Shown here piece after piece: positions 44,360 through 54,373 of a stretch of DNA of 64,000 bases. Where the stretch lies: IMG/VR virus record IMGVR_UViG_3300030001_000223, positions 1 to 64,000 of that record. One strand, 5' to 3'. The notes beneath the pieces were generated by a model. That model was not told the origin of the DNA. It ran no database searches and saw only the letters and a program-made list of their open reading frames with translations. The stretch comes from an uncultured virus (IMG/VR IMGVR_UViG_3300030001_000223) (Duplodnaviria; Heunggongvirae; Uroviricota; Caudoviricetes). Both the position numbers and the translations under genes were made by a program. Within the stretch, counting starts at the first letter, position 1. Every line of letters starts with the position of its first letter.

Positions 44360-44488
44360 GAGTAGAGAATAGATATTAGTAGATAGTCGACGATTTGTTA
44401 ATATTGATAAGTAACAACTTCTAAGTTACTTTTTCTACTTTATTTAATTATTAGGAGAAATATAATTAAAATGGAGGAATTAGTTATG
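44360..44488 (+). ncRNA. Structured 5'-leader RNA, copy 5 (loop palindrome GTCGAC)
   Basis: P1 agtagagaa/ttttctact; P2 gatattagtagat/atttgttaatatt; junction gataa; P3 gtaac/gttac; loop cttctaa pairs with ttaggag and tggagg (SD). Confidence 0.7.
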
Positions 44489-46114
44489 GAACAATTAAAT
44501 GAGAAAGAATATTTAGAGTATATTGAGAAGTGGAAGCTAGAACATGAAAATAAGATTAAAAGTGGTAAATGCAGACATATATTTTTAGAGTGTTTACCTA
44601 AATTAAAAAATAATAACAGTAAAATAATAAATTGGCAAAAAAGTCCTAAATATGTTATATTTTTTATATATGATAATATCGAAGGCAATATTGAAATTAT
44701 AGAATATAATAAAAATACGAGAAATTTGTTATTACAGTATAATAGTAAAAAAAATAAATTATACACTCATGATTTATTAAATTGTTATATCGAAGGAATA
44801 ATAGGAAGAAGAATATCAAATTTTAAATTAGAAATAGGGGCTCATATTCGGGATATAAAAAGAAATTTAACTATTACAGATAAAGAATATAGACCTACTT
44901 ATAATGATAATGGTAACTTAAGACAAAACGTAAAATGGTATAAATATACTTGTAATAAGTGTGGATGGACTGAAGGTTGGGTGAGAGAAGGTTCATTATT
45001 AGGAGAAAAAACAGGTTGTGGATGTTGTTGCAAAAATAATAAGACTTTAGTTGAAGGAATAAATGATATTCCTTCAACTGCACCTTGGATGATACCATAT
45101 TTTCAAGGTGGATATGAAGAAGCTAAATTGTATACTCATAGTAGTAATGAAAAGATTTTCCCCATATGTCCTGATTGTGGGAGGATTAAAGATAAAAAGA
45201 TGACGATTTCTAAAATTTATAATAGACATTCTATTGGATGCTCTTGCTGTGACAAAATTCCTTATCCAGAAAAATTTGTATTTTCAATTTTAGAACAGTT
45301 AGATTTGGATTTTCAAATACAACTATCCAAATCGACTTTTATATGGTGTAATAAATATAAATATGATTTTTATTTTAAGTTAAATAATGAACTATATGTA
45401 ATAGAAACGCATGGAATTCAACACTATGAAGATTCAAGTGGAGTTTTTACAAAGTCAATTAAAGAAGAGCAAGAAAATGATAGATTAAAGAAAGAATTAG
45501 CTTTATCTAATGGAATTAAAGAAGAAAACTATATAGTGATTGATTGTAGATATAGCACATTGGAGTGGATTAGAGATAACGACAATGGAATGTTAAATAG
45601 TAGATTAAATGAATTGTTCGATTTAAGTAAAGTTGATTGGCTAAAATGTGCCGAATTTTCTTGCTCAAATTTAGTAAAAATAGCATGTAAATTAAAAAGA
45701 GATACTCCTAATTTAACAACAACCGAAATAGGTGAAATAATGAAGTTAGAAGGACAAACTATAAGAAAATACCTAAAACAAGGTTCTGAGATATGGAATT
45801 GGATTAATTATAATGCAAAAGAAGAAATAATGAGAAATGGAAAACGATGTAGTTTAAATTCAGCTTTAAATCCAATAATAATGTTCAAAAATCAAAAATA
45901 TATATATTTGTTCAAATCAGGACGTTCATTAGAAAGACAGTCGGAAAAATTATTTGAAACTAAATTATGGCAAGCTAATATATCAGCAGTATGTCGTGGT
46001 AAAAAGCCACAATACAAAGGATATACTTTTAAATATGTTCAAGACCTAACTTCAGAAGAAAGAATTAAATATGATATAGAAAATAAACTTAAAGAATTAG
46101 AAAAATCAGCTTGA
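44486..46114 (+). CDS. Homing-endonuclease-like protein, paralog 3
   Basis: Same architecture; YDFYF..VIETHGIQHY..END. Confidence 0.7.
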   Translation: MEQLNEKEYLEYIEKWKLEHENKIKSGKCRHIFLECLPKLKNNNSKIINWQKSPKYVIFFIYDNIEGNIEIIEYNKNTRNLLLQYNSKKNKLYTHDLLNCYIEGIIGRRISNFKLEIGAHIRDIKRNLTITDKEYRPTYNDNGNLRQNVKWYKYTCNKCGWTEGWVREGSLLGEKTGCGCCCKNNKTLVEGINDIPSTAPWMIPYFQGGYEEAKLYTHSSNEKIFPICPDCGRIKDKKMTISKIYNRHSIGCSCCDKIPYPEKFVFSILEQLDLDFQIQLSKSTFIWCNKYKYDFYFKLNNELYVIETHGIQHYEDSSGVFTKSIKEEQENDRLKKELALSNGIKEENYIVIDCRYSTLEWIRDNDNGMLNSRLNELFDLSKVDWLKCAEFSCSNLVKIACKLKRDTPNLTTTEIGEIMKLEGQTIRKYLKQGSEIWNWINYNAKEEIMRNGKRCSLNSALNPIIMFKNQKYIYLFKSGRSLERQSEKLFETKLWQANISAVCRGKKPQYKGYTFKYVQDLTSEERIKYDIENKLKELEKSA

Positions 46115-46460
46115 AAACTATTTAATATAATCCTATTAAAAGCTTTAAATTATATAATCAATCATTTTTATAAAATATAATAAGAATATTATCGTATAAT
46201 TTGTAGAAATATGTTAAAATATAGATATAAACAGATTGATAATTATAAATTGATTTATTATTGTCAAAACTTTACTAATATTTATATTTTAACATATATA
46301 AGATTGTGGTAAAATTAAAAGGTAATAATTTACAATATAACTATTAAGTTGGTTTAATTGGAATAAAATTCTTGTAATATTATGTTAAGGGGTGTATTAT
46401 ATGGTTATAAAGAGATATATAAAAAACGTAAGTATATTAAATAAAGATGGGGGTGTTAGT

Positions 46461-46634
46461 ATGGAAAATGTCATTTCTATGGATAAATATATTGAAGATA
46501 CACAATCGAATGAATGTGAATGGGATATAATTAGAAATATATGTCAAAAGGCTATACAAAGAAAAGGATATACATCACAACAGGTTCATGAAATTTCAAA
46601 GAAGATATTAAGAGAGGTACGTGAAGACAAATGA
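46461..46634 (+). CDS. Putative antitoxin
   Basis: Small ORF overlapping the PIN gene start (ATGA); C-terminal ILREVRE. Confidence 0.55.
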   Translation: MENVISMDKYIEDTQSNECEWDIIRNICQKAIQRKGYTSQQVHEISKKILREVREDK

Positions 46635-47107
46635 ATGTAATTTTAGATACTAATATATTTATAGGAGCATTTTTTGAAAATAATAAAGATTGTAGTTTAA
46701 TATTAAAAGAGGAAAAGAATGGTGAATTTGAGTTAATAATGAGCCACGAAATGCAAGAAGAACTTAATAGAATTTTACATAGTTCATTTAAAAAATACGA
46801 ATTCACTGCGAGTCAAATAGAGATAATATTTAAAATGTTATCAAAAGCCTTATTAAGAACAACTAATATTAAACCATCTCATAATTTTAGTAAATGCAGT
46901 GATAAAGATGATAATATGTTTTTCTCTTGTGCTATAGATGGAAATGCTAACTATATAATTAGTAAAGATGCTCATATCCATGCATTAAAAGATGATAAAA
47001 ATCCTATAAAGAATAAAAATAAAGAAGAAATAAAGATATTATATCCAGATGAATTTATTATGGAACTAAAAAAAATAAAATTAGTTGCAAATTTTAGTAA
47101 TCATTAA
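46631..47107 (+). CDS. PIN-domain (VapC-like) toxin
   Basis: VILDTNIFI, E, DKDDNMFFSCA, YIISKD and KILYPDEF motifs. Confidence 0.88.
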   Translation: MNVILDTNIFIGAFFENNKDCSLILKEEKNGEFELIMSHEMQEELNRILHSSFKKYEFTASQIEIIFKMLSKALLRTTNIKPSHNFSKCSDKDDNMFFSCAIDGNANYIISKDAHIHALKDDKNPIKNKNKEEIKILYPDEFIMELKKIKLVANFSNH

Positions 47108-47187
47108 AGAGTTTAGTACAAGCTAGGCTCTTTTATTATGAAAAAATAATAGTTGACAATCTAATCCAAGGGGATTAAAATAAAGAA

Positions 47188-47268
47188 GTAAAAGAAGTTT
47201 ACAAATAAAATTTAAATATACAGTTCATGTAAATAAGATACTTAGTTTCAGTAGGTATCTTATTTTTA
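47188..47268 (+). ncRNA. Putative antitoxin sRNA
   Basis: TTGACA-N17-TAAAAT promoter near 47153, intrinsic terminator, and an 11-nt tract (tacagttcatg) antisense to the start codon of the peptide at 47519. Confidence 0.5.
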
Positions 47269-47390
47269 TATCTATAATTAAAAAAGACTTTCTAATTATA
47301 TCACTTACCATCCCACATGAGTTTCAGTCACGCTTTTAAAATGATATAATTATACTAGTCCTTTAATTAACTCAATCTATCTTTAGTATA

Positions 47391-47519
47391 TTAAAAATGG
47401 GATATGTTAATGTATATTAAAATTACTGTTGTAGCAAAATTAAGAAGCCCAGTTGAAATTGCAAGTATTGCTAAAACAGTATCTTTATCAAATAGTTTTT
47501 TAGATTTATTACAGTTCAT
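47391..47519 (-). CDS. Small transmembrane peptide (42 aa), putative type I toxin
   Basis: MNCNKSKKLFDKDTVLAILAISTGLLNFATTVILIYINISHF*; SD GGGAGG. Confidence 0.6.
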   Translation of the reverse strand: MNCNKSKKLFDKDTVLAILAISTGLLNFATTVILIYINISHF

Positions 47520-47733
47520 GATATAATCGCCTCCCATCCCCATAGGAATATTCGAATATGAGATGGCATAATAATTATATCACTTATTACTAATAATTAC
47601 AATTTAATACAAAAACATTAAGAATCTAGTATAAAAAATATTAGGTTCTTTTTTTGTTATAAAAAACAAATTAAAACAAAATTAAACATCAATTTTAAAA
47701 ACAAATTAAAGATAGAAAGAAGGTGAATTAATA

Positions 47734-48651
47734 ATGGGTTTTATTACAAGGTTCGGATTTAACGGAAAACCTTTTTTAGAAAATTGTCATACAAATAGTA
47801 AAGTATCCAGTTTATTTGCTTCAAATGGTGTGATAGATGAAATAAAAATAGATGAAACATTAGATAGTGAAAATTCTATAGAACAAACTCCTTGGACTAT
47901 GGATACAGGGTTTTTATGTCACTTCTTAAATTCACTTGAAGCAGGGAATCTGACAAATAATGGTATAAAAATTCAAAAAATAAGATTTAAAAGAAGAAAA
48001 GTTGGAGATTTAACTTGGCAGACTATGATAGATTATCCTTTTAGTGATGATATAGAGAATTATGATACAGAAGATTTTTATATCTGTGCAGGATATAACT
48101 ACGATTATACATTAATTCCTGTGGTTCAAAATTTTGAAGGAGTTGGGGTTACAAGTAATATAACACCAATGTATAAAAGCTTATTTTTAACTGGTAGAAA
48201 TAGTAGCGGAGATTTAGTAAATTATCCTTTAAGATTCGATTTAAATTTATCGGATATTAGTCTCAATGAGGATAAAACTGTTATGAAGACATTATCTTCT
48301 CAATATCCAGCAATATTATGTGGAGGTTCTAAATATATGTCGGGTAGTTTAGCATTTGATATAATTAGTCCAAATTGTGAATCTAATAGTGGAAAAATTG
48401 ATATGCAAGCTGAAAATGCCTATAGAGAAAGTTTTGAAGAATTTATACATACTGGTAAACCTATGTTGGTCAGAACTCACAGCTTTTATACATTAGGAGT
48501 TTTAAGTGATATTAAAAAGAATCCTTTGTTTGGTGACGACGCAGGATGGGGACTCTACAAATATACCTGCACATTTACTGAGATAGGAAATGGCAAAGAT
48601 ATGGATACATTACAAAAAAACAATCTAACCTATGAAATCACAACAAGTTAA
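47734..48651 (+). CDS. Putative tail/baseplate structural protein
   Basis: Resumes the tail module; C-terminal FTEIG motif, beta-rich. Confidence 0.55.
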   Translation: MGFITRFGFNGKPFLENCHTNSKVSSLFASNGVIDEIKIDETLDSENSIEQTPWTMDTGFLCHFLNSLEAGNLTNNGIKIQKIRFKRRKVGDLTWQTMIDYPFSDDIENYDTEDFYICAGYNYDYTLIPVVQNFEGVGVTSNITPMYKSLFLTGRNSSGDLVNYPLRFDLNLSDISLNEDKTVMKTLSSQYPAILCGGSKYMSGSLAFDIISPNCESNSGKIDMQAENAYRESFEEFIHTGKPMLVRTHSFYTLGVLSDIKKNPLFGDDAGWGLYKYTCTFTEIGNGKDMDTLQKNNLTYEITTS

Positions 48652-48688
48652 AAATAAATTAAATTATTAAGAAGGGAGTGAATATATT

Positions 48689-51334
48689 TTGTCAGTTCAA
48701 AAAGTAGTACAGGGTAGTTTATATCAGAATGGTATACAAGCGCAATTTTCATCTGTACCAATTTCATATATAAATAATGCAGTTTTAGAGTTAAAATCTA
48801 GTGGAACTGATATTGAATGGTTAGTAATCGATAGTGGAGCACATCATTATCTATTATCCACTAAAAATTTATTAAGTGGAATTAGTTATAATCAATTAAA
48901 TATACAAGGGTTTGTAAGTGGAAATTCTTTGATAAATATTGGTGATTCACAATATAAAATCAGATTAATAACAAATAAAGAATGGAATGATTTTGTATTA
49001 AATCAAATAAATCTTAATACATTATTAATACCAAATGCAGATGATTTAAGTGGGAACTATAATGTAACGACTATTTCTACTTCTAATACAAACACTTTGC
49101 TTCATTGGTGGAATACTCCTTCTTTAACTAAAGATGTTAATGGTAACAATATCATTATCAGAGGTGGAAATGCTATTAATACTTCTTCTAATATATTAAC
49201 AACAGATAATTCTAATTGGAGAATAATGTTAGAAAAGCTTGACCTACCACCAGCAATATCAGATAATGATAGATTTTTAGGAAATTTTACATCTAGTATT
49301 GTACAAGAATACACTATAACAGACCCAGAAAATGATTTATTTAAAGTTGAAGAAATACTTGATGGGTCTGTTACAAGAACATTAGAAAATCAACCAAGTA
49401 AAACTAAATTTACATATGGTTTATCAGGTACATATTGGAGTAATATAACATCAGGAAGTCATACAATTGTTATCAGAGTTACAGATATTTGCGATAATAT
49501 TTCAATTAGAACATGGACTTTTAATAAAATAGTAGACTATTCAACAGGAACATCTACAAATTTGACACGACCAATTATAACTACACCTACAAGTTCACTT
49601 TCATTAGTACCAATGAATGCATTAGTTGACAATATTGTTAATTTTAATGTAGTTGGTGGTGAATTGGTATATGCAAATGAAATAAATATTGTAGATAATT
49701 CCAATTCATCTATTGTGATATATAATAAAAAAGTTGAAAGTTTTGATTTTTATAATACAATTCCACTTAATACATTAATTAATGGACATACGTATCAAAT
49801 AAAAATGCGGACATATAATTCAAATAATCAATATTCTGCATGGAGTGATACTGTTTTAGTAAAATGTTTAACTCCACCAAATTTAAATATAACTACAATT
49901 ATTGATGGTAAAATACAAAGTCCAAATCCATTAATAATGGCTACATATAATCAAAATGAGGGAGACGAATTATACAGTTATATATATAATTTATATAAAG
50001 ATGGTGCATTAATTGCATCCAGTGAAGTTTTATTAGATAAATTATTGGAATATCAATTTTCAAATTTAGAAAATAAAACAAATTATCTAATGGAATTAAA
50101 AGTAAGAACTTCTAGTGGAATGGAAAATAGTGTAACTCAAGATTTTTATTGTGTATACTTACAAACAAAACTTCCAGCAGTACTAAAAACTGAAAATAGT
50201 TCGACTACAGGTAGTGTAAAAATAACAAGTTATGTTAGACAAATTAGAGGACGGATTTTTAGTGGAGATGATATTAATTATATTGATGATACGTGGGCAG
50301 ACTTACATAACACAGTAGTAATATGGGACAAAGATGGAGCTTTTCGTCTAGACGGAGATTGGACTGCTAAAATATGGGCAAGAGATTTAGAAAATAATGA
50401 TGTAATGTTAGTGAAATTTGTATTGGATGATAATAATTATATACAATTATCTCGTTATAATAATATGTTTTCGCTATCCAAAATAGTAAATGGAATTAAA
50501 TTATATGAACTTCATTCATTTGTTTTAGGAGACATATTATCAACAGACCAATTATATTTCTTTATTCAAAATGATGTTGATTTAGGATTAATGAATTTTG
50601 ATGTAAAAAGAGTAACAGATGGTAGAAACACTTGGTATAGTAAATCCTATGATAATGATATAATGCCTAGTTATGCAAGTGAAAATGGATTTTTAACATT
50701 TTTAGAAGACGATTTTAAAAATATATTACTTGATAATAATATAGATGGAGATAATATGAAAGTTTATATTCCTACAATTGATGATTTATTAAATGCAAAT
50801 ACAAGTAGTATATTAGGAAAAGCAATTGTTGGAGATATGATATTAGGCAATGATAAGGGGATAATTGATTTAACTTCAACTCAGCCTTATTTTACAAGAA
50901 CTATAGATAATTTAGATGTAAATAAAATAAAAATATTTAATACAGATGGAACAATAAGCACAAGCTATCCAAATTCTCAACTTGGAATAAGATTTGTTAT
51001 AAAAATACCAAATAACATTAAAGTTTCCAGTTATATAGATTCTAGTGATGGTTGTCATTTATTAGCATTGAAAATATTAAATTTATTTACAATACAAAAT
51101 ATAGGAAATTTGCAAGTAGGAGATAGAATAAAAGCATACGCAATAAAATATAAAAATGAATTAGTTAAGTTTACAATATTATCGAAAACGGATAGTACTA
51201 TTTCTTTATTATCTGATGTAATCAATACTTCTAAAGAATTTGATAAAGAAGAAACAGTATTTATAAATGGTAATCCAAATTGGAATTTGAGTAATTTAAA
51301 ACAATGGCTAAACAGTAACTCAAAAATAGGCTAG
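48689..51334 (+). CDS. Large tail/baseplate protein with FN3/Ig-like repeats
   Basis: LINGHTYQIKMRTYN..SAWSD and LENKTNYLMELKV FN3-like motifs; WNLSNLKQWLN at the C-terminus. Confidence 0.6.
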   Translation: MSVQKVVQGSLYQNGIQAQFSSVPISYINNAVLELKSSGTDIEWLVIDSGAHHYLLSTKNLLSGISYNQLNIQGFVSGNSLINIGDSQYKIRLITNKEWNDFVLNQINLNTLLIPNADDLSGNYNVTTISTSNTNTLLHWWNTPSLTKDVNGNNIIIRGGNAINTSSNILTTDNSNWRIMLEKLDLPPAISDNDRFLGNFTSSIVQEYTITDPENDLFKVEEILDGSVTRTLENQPSKTKFTYGLSGTYWSNITSGSHTIVIRVTDICDNISIRTWTFNKIVDYSTGTSTNLTRPIITTPTSSLSLVPMNALVDNIVNFNVVGGELVYANEINIVDNSNSSIVIYNKKVESFDFYNTIPLNTLINGHTYQIKMRTYNSNNQYSAWSDTVLVKCLTPPNLNITTIIDGKIQSPNPLIMATYNQNEGDELYSYIYNLYKDGALIASSEVLLDKLLEYQFSNLENKTNYLMELKVRTSSGMENSVTQDFYCVYLQTKLPAVLKTENSSTTGSVKITSYVRQIRGRIFSGDDINYIDDTWADLHNTVVIWDKDGAFRLDGDWTAKIWARDLENNDVMLVKFVLDDNNYIQLSRYNNMFSLSKIVNGIKLYELHSFVLGDILSTDQLYFFIQNDVDLGLMNFDVKRVTDGRNTWYSKSYDNDIMPSYASENGFLTFLEDDFKNILLDNNIDGDNMKVYIPTIDDLLNANTSSILGKAIVGDMILGNDKGIIDLTSTQPYFTRTIDNLDVNKIKIFNTDGTISTSYPNSQLGIRFVIKIPNNIKVSSYIDSSDGCHLLALKILNLFTIQNIGNLQVGDRIKAYAIKYKNELVKFTILSKTDSTISLLSDVINTSKEFDKEETVFINGNPNWNLSNLKQWLNSNSKIG

Positions 51335-51388
51335 AGATTTATTTTTCTTTAGTCTATTTTATTATGCAAAAATTAAGGAGGAACAACA

Positions 51389-52936
51389 ATGGCAACTAAT
51401 ATGACTAGTGATATAGTACCAAGATATTCAACATTCACAACTGATGATAATTTAACATTAGATAGTTTTATTGTATTTCAAGATATGGATAAAGCCCATT
51501 CAGATATGGTTGATAGATACTACGTATTGAAAAACAAACAATATACAACAGATGCAGAAAAGACAGAAATGACTGGATTAGAAGTTAATTTACAAGAATA
51601 TCTACCAACAAGTGATACATGGAATAAATTATGTGCATGTATTTTAGGTATGCAAATGTATATGAGAGATGGAATAGTAGTATTTACAGAACAAAAGAAA
51701 GCAGAATTTGAAAAAATAATATCTAATTATTCATATCAAGGAGAATGGACTAATACAATAATATATTCAGAAGGGAATTTAGTTTTACATAATGGACAAG
51801 GTTTTACAAGTAAAGTTGATAATAATTTAAATTATGAACCGAATAGCGAAGTTTCAACTGATGATTATTGGATTCGTTATACTATCAAAGGAGACAAAGG
51901 CGACCCATCTTTAAATGTATCTATTAAGAAAGGCACAGATGGTACAGCTAATTATGACCTGCTGACTACATATAACGTTGGAGATGCGTGCGTTTACAAT
52001 CATAGATTATATTATTGTTTAGTAGATGGGACTATAGGAATAGCAGTAACAGATAATACTAAATGGGCATGTGCTGATAAAATATGGATTGGAACAGATG
52101 AACCATTAGACCATTTTGTAATATGGTGGGATATAAATAATGGACAAAATGTATTAAAAAGATATTCAGATAATAATGTATGGGTAGAGCAAACTGTAAA
52201 AGCTGGAGATATGATTATACTTGATAGTGCTAATTATTTTACTAGCAGTAATGTTGAAGGAGCTTTAATTGAATTAAAAATAGCTATTAATAATATTGAT
52301 TTAACTGCAAGCAAAGTAACTGTGGTTGATAGTGCTAATTTATACAATGGAGTTAATGCTGAGACGTGCCTAGCAGAAGTTATGAATAAAACTAATACAG
52401 CACAAAATACAGCTAATAATGCAACTAATTTAGCAAATACTGCACAAGCTAGAGCAGATTCGGCTTTTACATATGCCAATAATGGAAAGACTAGTGTTAC
52501 TGGTGTTGTTGGTAATGTTTCAAGTAGTAACACATTTGGAGATATAATTAATGAAATACAATATGATAAAAATATATTAGCTAGTAATTTAAATAATAAA
52601 GGAGTTTCAGCTAATAATGGTGATACATTAAGAAATTTAGCTAGTTTAGTTGGGAATATATCATTAGGAAGAAAACATACTACTGGTACAGGAACGACAG
52701 TCAGATATAATAATCAAAATTGTATAGCGATAAATTTTATATTTACTCCATCTGTAGGTATATTTAAATTCTCTCAAAGTACAAGCAATCCTACCCAAAA
52801 TTATTATATTAATGGAGAAAATATAATAACTGGATATGGTTATGCTACACGCACAGACTCTGTATACTCCTCTGGTACATCAATATATATAGTGGCTGTA
52901 GGATCTGGAACATATACATATGAGATTTGGGAGTAA
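51389..52936 (+). CDS. Tail fibre / receptor-binding protein
   Basis: YSEGNLV and YNVGDAC carbohydrate-binding-like modules, KGDKGD, FTSSNVEGAL fibre repeats. Confidence 0.7.
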   Translation: MATNMTSDIVPRYSTFTTDDNLTLDSFIVFQDMDKAHSDMVDRYYVLKNKQYTTDAEKTEMTGLEVNLQEYLPTSDTWNKLCACILGMQMYMRDGIVVFTEQKKAEFEKIISNYSYQGEWTNTIIYSEGNLVLHNGQGFTSKVDNNLNYEPNSEVSTDDYWIRYTIKGDKGDPSLNVSIKKGTDGTANYDLLTTYNVGDACVYNHRLYYCLVDGTIGIAVTDNTKWACADKIWIGTDEPLDHFVIWWDINNGQNVLKRYSDNNVWVEQTVKAGDMIILDSANYFTSSNVEGALIELKIAINNIDLTASKVTVVDSANLYNGVNAETCLAEVMNKTNTAQNTANNATNLANTAQARADSAFTYANNGKTSVTGVVGNVSSSNTFGDIINEIQYDKNILASNLNNKGVSANNGDTLRNLASLVGNISLGRKHTTGTGTTVRYNNQNCIAINFIFTPSVGIFKFSQSTSNPTQNYYINGENIITGYGYATRTDSVYSSGTSIYIVAVGSGTYTYEIWE

Positions 52937-53097
52937 AATTCTCATATTAACCAAACACATTTTGTGATAGGATAAAATGAAAGTTTTATAAGAAGTTAAT
53001 AAATTAATAGAAATACTATTGACATACATCACTCCTTAATATATAATTAAATTATAGAAATACAGGAAATAATATGATATAATTTGAAATATAAGGA

Positions 53098-53889
53098 GTG
53101 AATAACATGAATATGAAGTCAATAAAGAACTTGATAAAAATAGTTGCAATTAGTGGAATCGTAGTGATGTTTAATATAACACCAAGTTTTGCAAGTGATA
53201 AAGTTGAAACCATTAATGATTTTTGTAATAAGTATGGAATTGTTAATAATGGTAAGATTGATAATGAAAGACTTTATGGTATTAATACCGAGACTAAAGA
53301 AAATGGAGACTCTATTATTAAATATTCTAATGGAAGTTGGTCTTTATATAATATTAAAGCAAATAAGTATATATTTAAACCCCTAGAGTCAAATGAGAAT
53401 TTGGTTTGCAATAATATAGATGATTTAAGTAAATGTAGTCTAGCTTATACAGAAATAAAAAATGACCATTTAAATATAGAATTAGGAGCACATAGTAATA
53501 TTATTTATGCAGATAATTTAAATACTAATCAAGATTTAGAAAATTATGCTAAACAATGGCTAAAAGATACTTATAATATAACATTAGATATTCCCATTTA
53601 TTATAATAATATAACTGATAAAGATGGAGTTACAATAAATGGATTATATAACTATAAAACATATAAAGACAAGTATACTCCAATATCTATAGAAATAAAT
53701 CAAGGAAATATAGATATTCAAAAAGAAAAATATATTATTCATGAAATGACACATTATGCTTTAGATAAATTAGATAAACCTTCAAAAGATAGTGATACAA
53801 TATTCGAAAAAGAATGCATAAAAAATGGAGGAGACACTAATTATGGAGGAATAGGATTATTGCACAGTCATTTAAAAAGTACATTGTAA
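53098..53889 (+). CDS. Secreted SprT-like zincin metalloprotease (moron)
   Basis: Signal peptide ..TPSFA/SD, IIHEMTHY motif, own TTGACA promoter upstream. Confidence 0.65.
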   Translation: MNNMNMKSIKNLIKIVAISGIVVMFNITPSFASDKVETINDFCNKYGIVNNGKIDNERLYGINTETKENGDSIIKYSNGSWSLYNIKANKYIFKPLESNENLVCNNIDDLSKCSLAYTEIKNDHLNIELGAHSNIIYADNLNTNQDLENYAKQWLKDTYNITLDIPIYYNNITDKDGVTINGLYNYKTYKDKYTPISIEINQGNIDIQKEKYIIHEMTHYALDKLDKPSKDSDTIFEKECIKNGGDTNYGGIGLLHSHLKSTL

Positions 53890-53979
53890 TAATAGAAAAT
53901 TAAAACACATAAAGTGATTAAGAATAGTATTTTTGCTATTCTTTTTTGTTGTGTAAAAATAAATTAAAGGAGGGACTTT

Positions 53980-54363
53980 ATGACAACATTAGAGAAAATA
54001 AATAAAACAGACAATGAAAAATTAACAGGCAGTGATATAAAAAAAATTGATGATAATGCTACTAAGATAGAAAATACTTTAAATAATCTCCCAACTGGTT
54101 CTGGAAGTACTGTTACAACAAGTACTACTAATGGAAATATAAAAATAGATGGAGTAGAGAGCAAAGTATATACTGCACCTACCTATACTAAATCAGATGT
54201 TGGGTTAGGAAATGTAGATAATACAAGTGATTTAAACAAACCAATATCAACAGCAATGCAAACGGCTTTAAATTTAAAAGCAACAGTGGTAGCATTAACT
54301 GCAACTGAATATTCTGCTATAACGACTCCTGTTGCCACTACTTTGTATTTAATAAAAGCGTAG
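53980..54363 (+). CDS. Tail fibre-related protein
   Basis: TKSDVGLGNVDNTSDLNKPISTA motif; C-terminal TLYLIK. Confidence 0.7.
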   Translation: MTTLEKINKTDNEKLTGSDIKKIDDNATKIENTLNNLPTGSGSTVTTSTTNGNIKIDGVESKVYTAPTYTKSDVGLGNVDNTSDLNKPISTAMQTALNLKATVVALTATEYSAITTPVATTLYLIKA

Positions 54364-54373
54364 GTGAAGGAAT

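Noticed and set aside
11530..46114. Ala-containing C-termini on several nucleases (LKVAN, LKQAI, LEKSA) as Clp degradation tags linked to the phage ClpP
   Set aside because: Too short and variable to support from sequence alone
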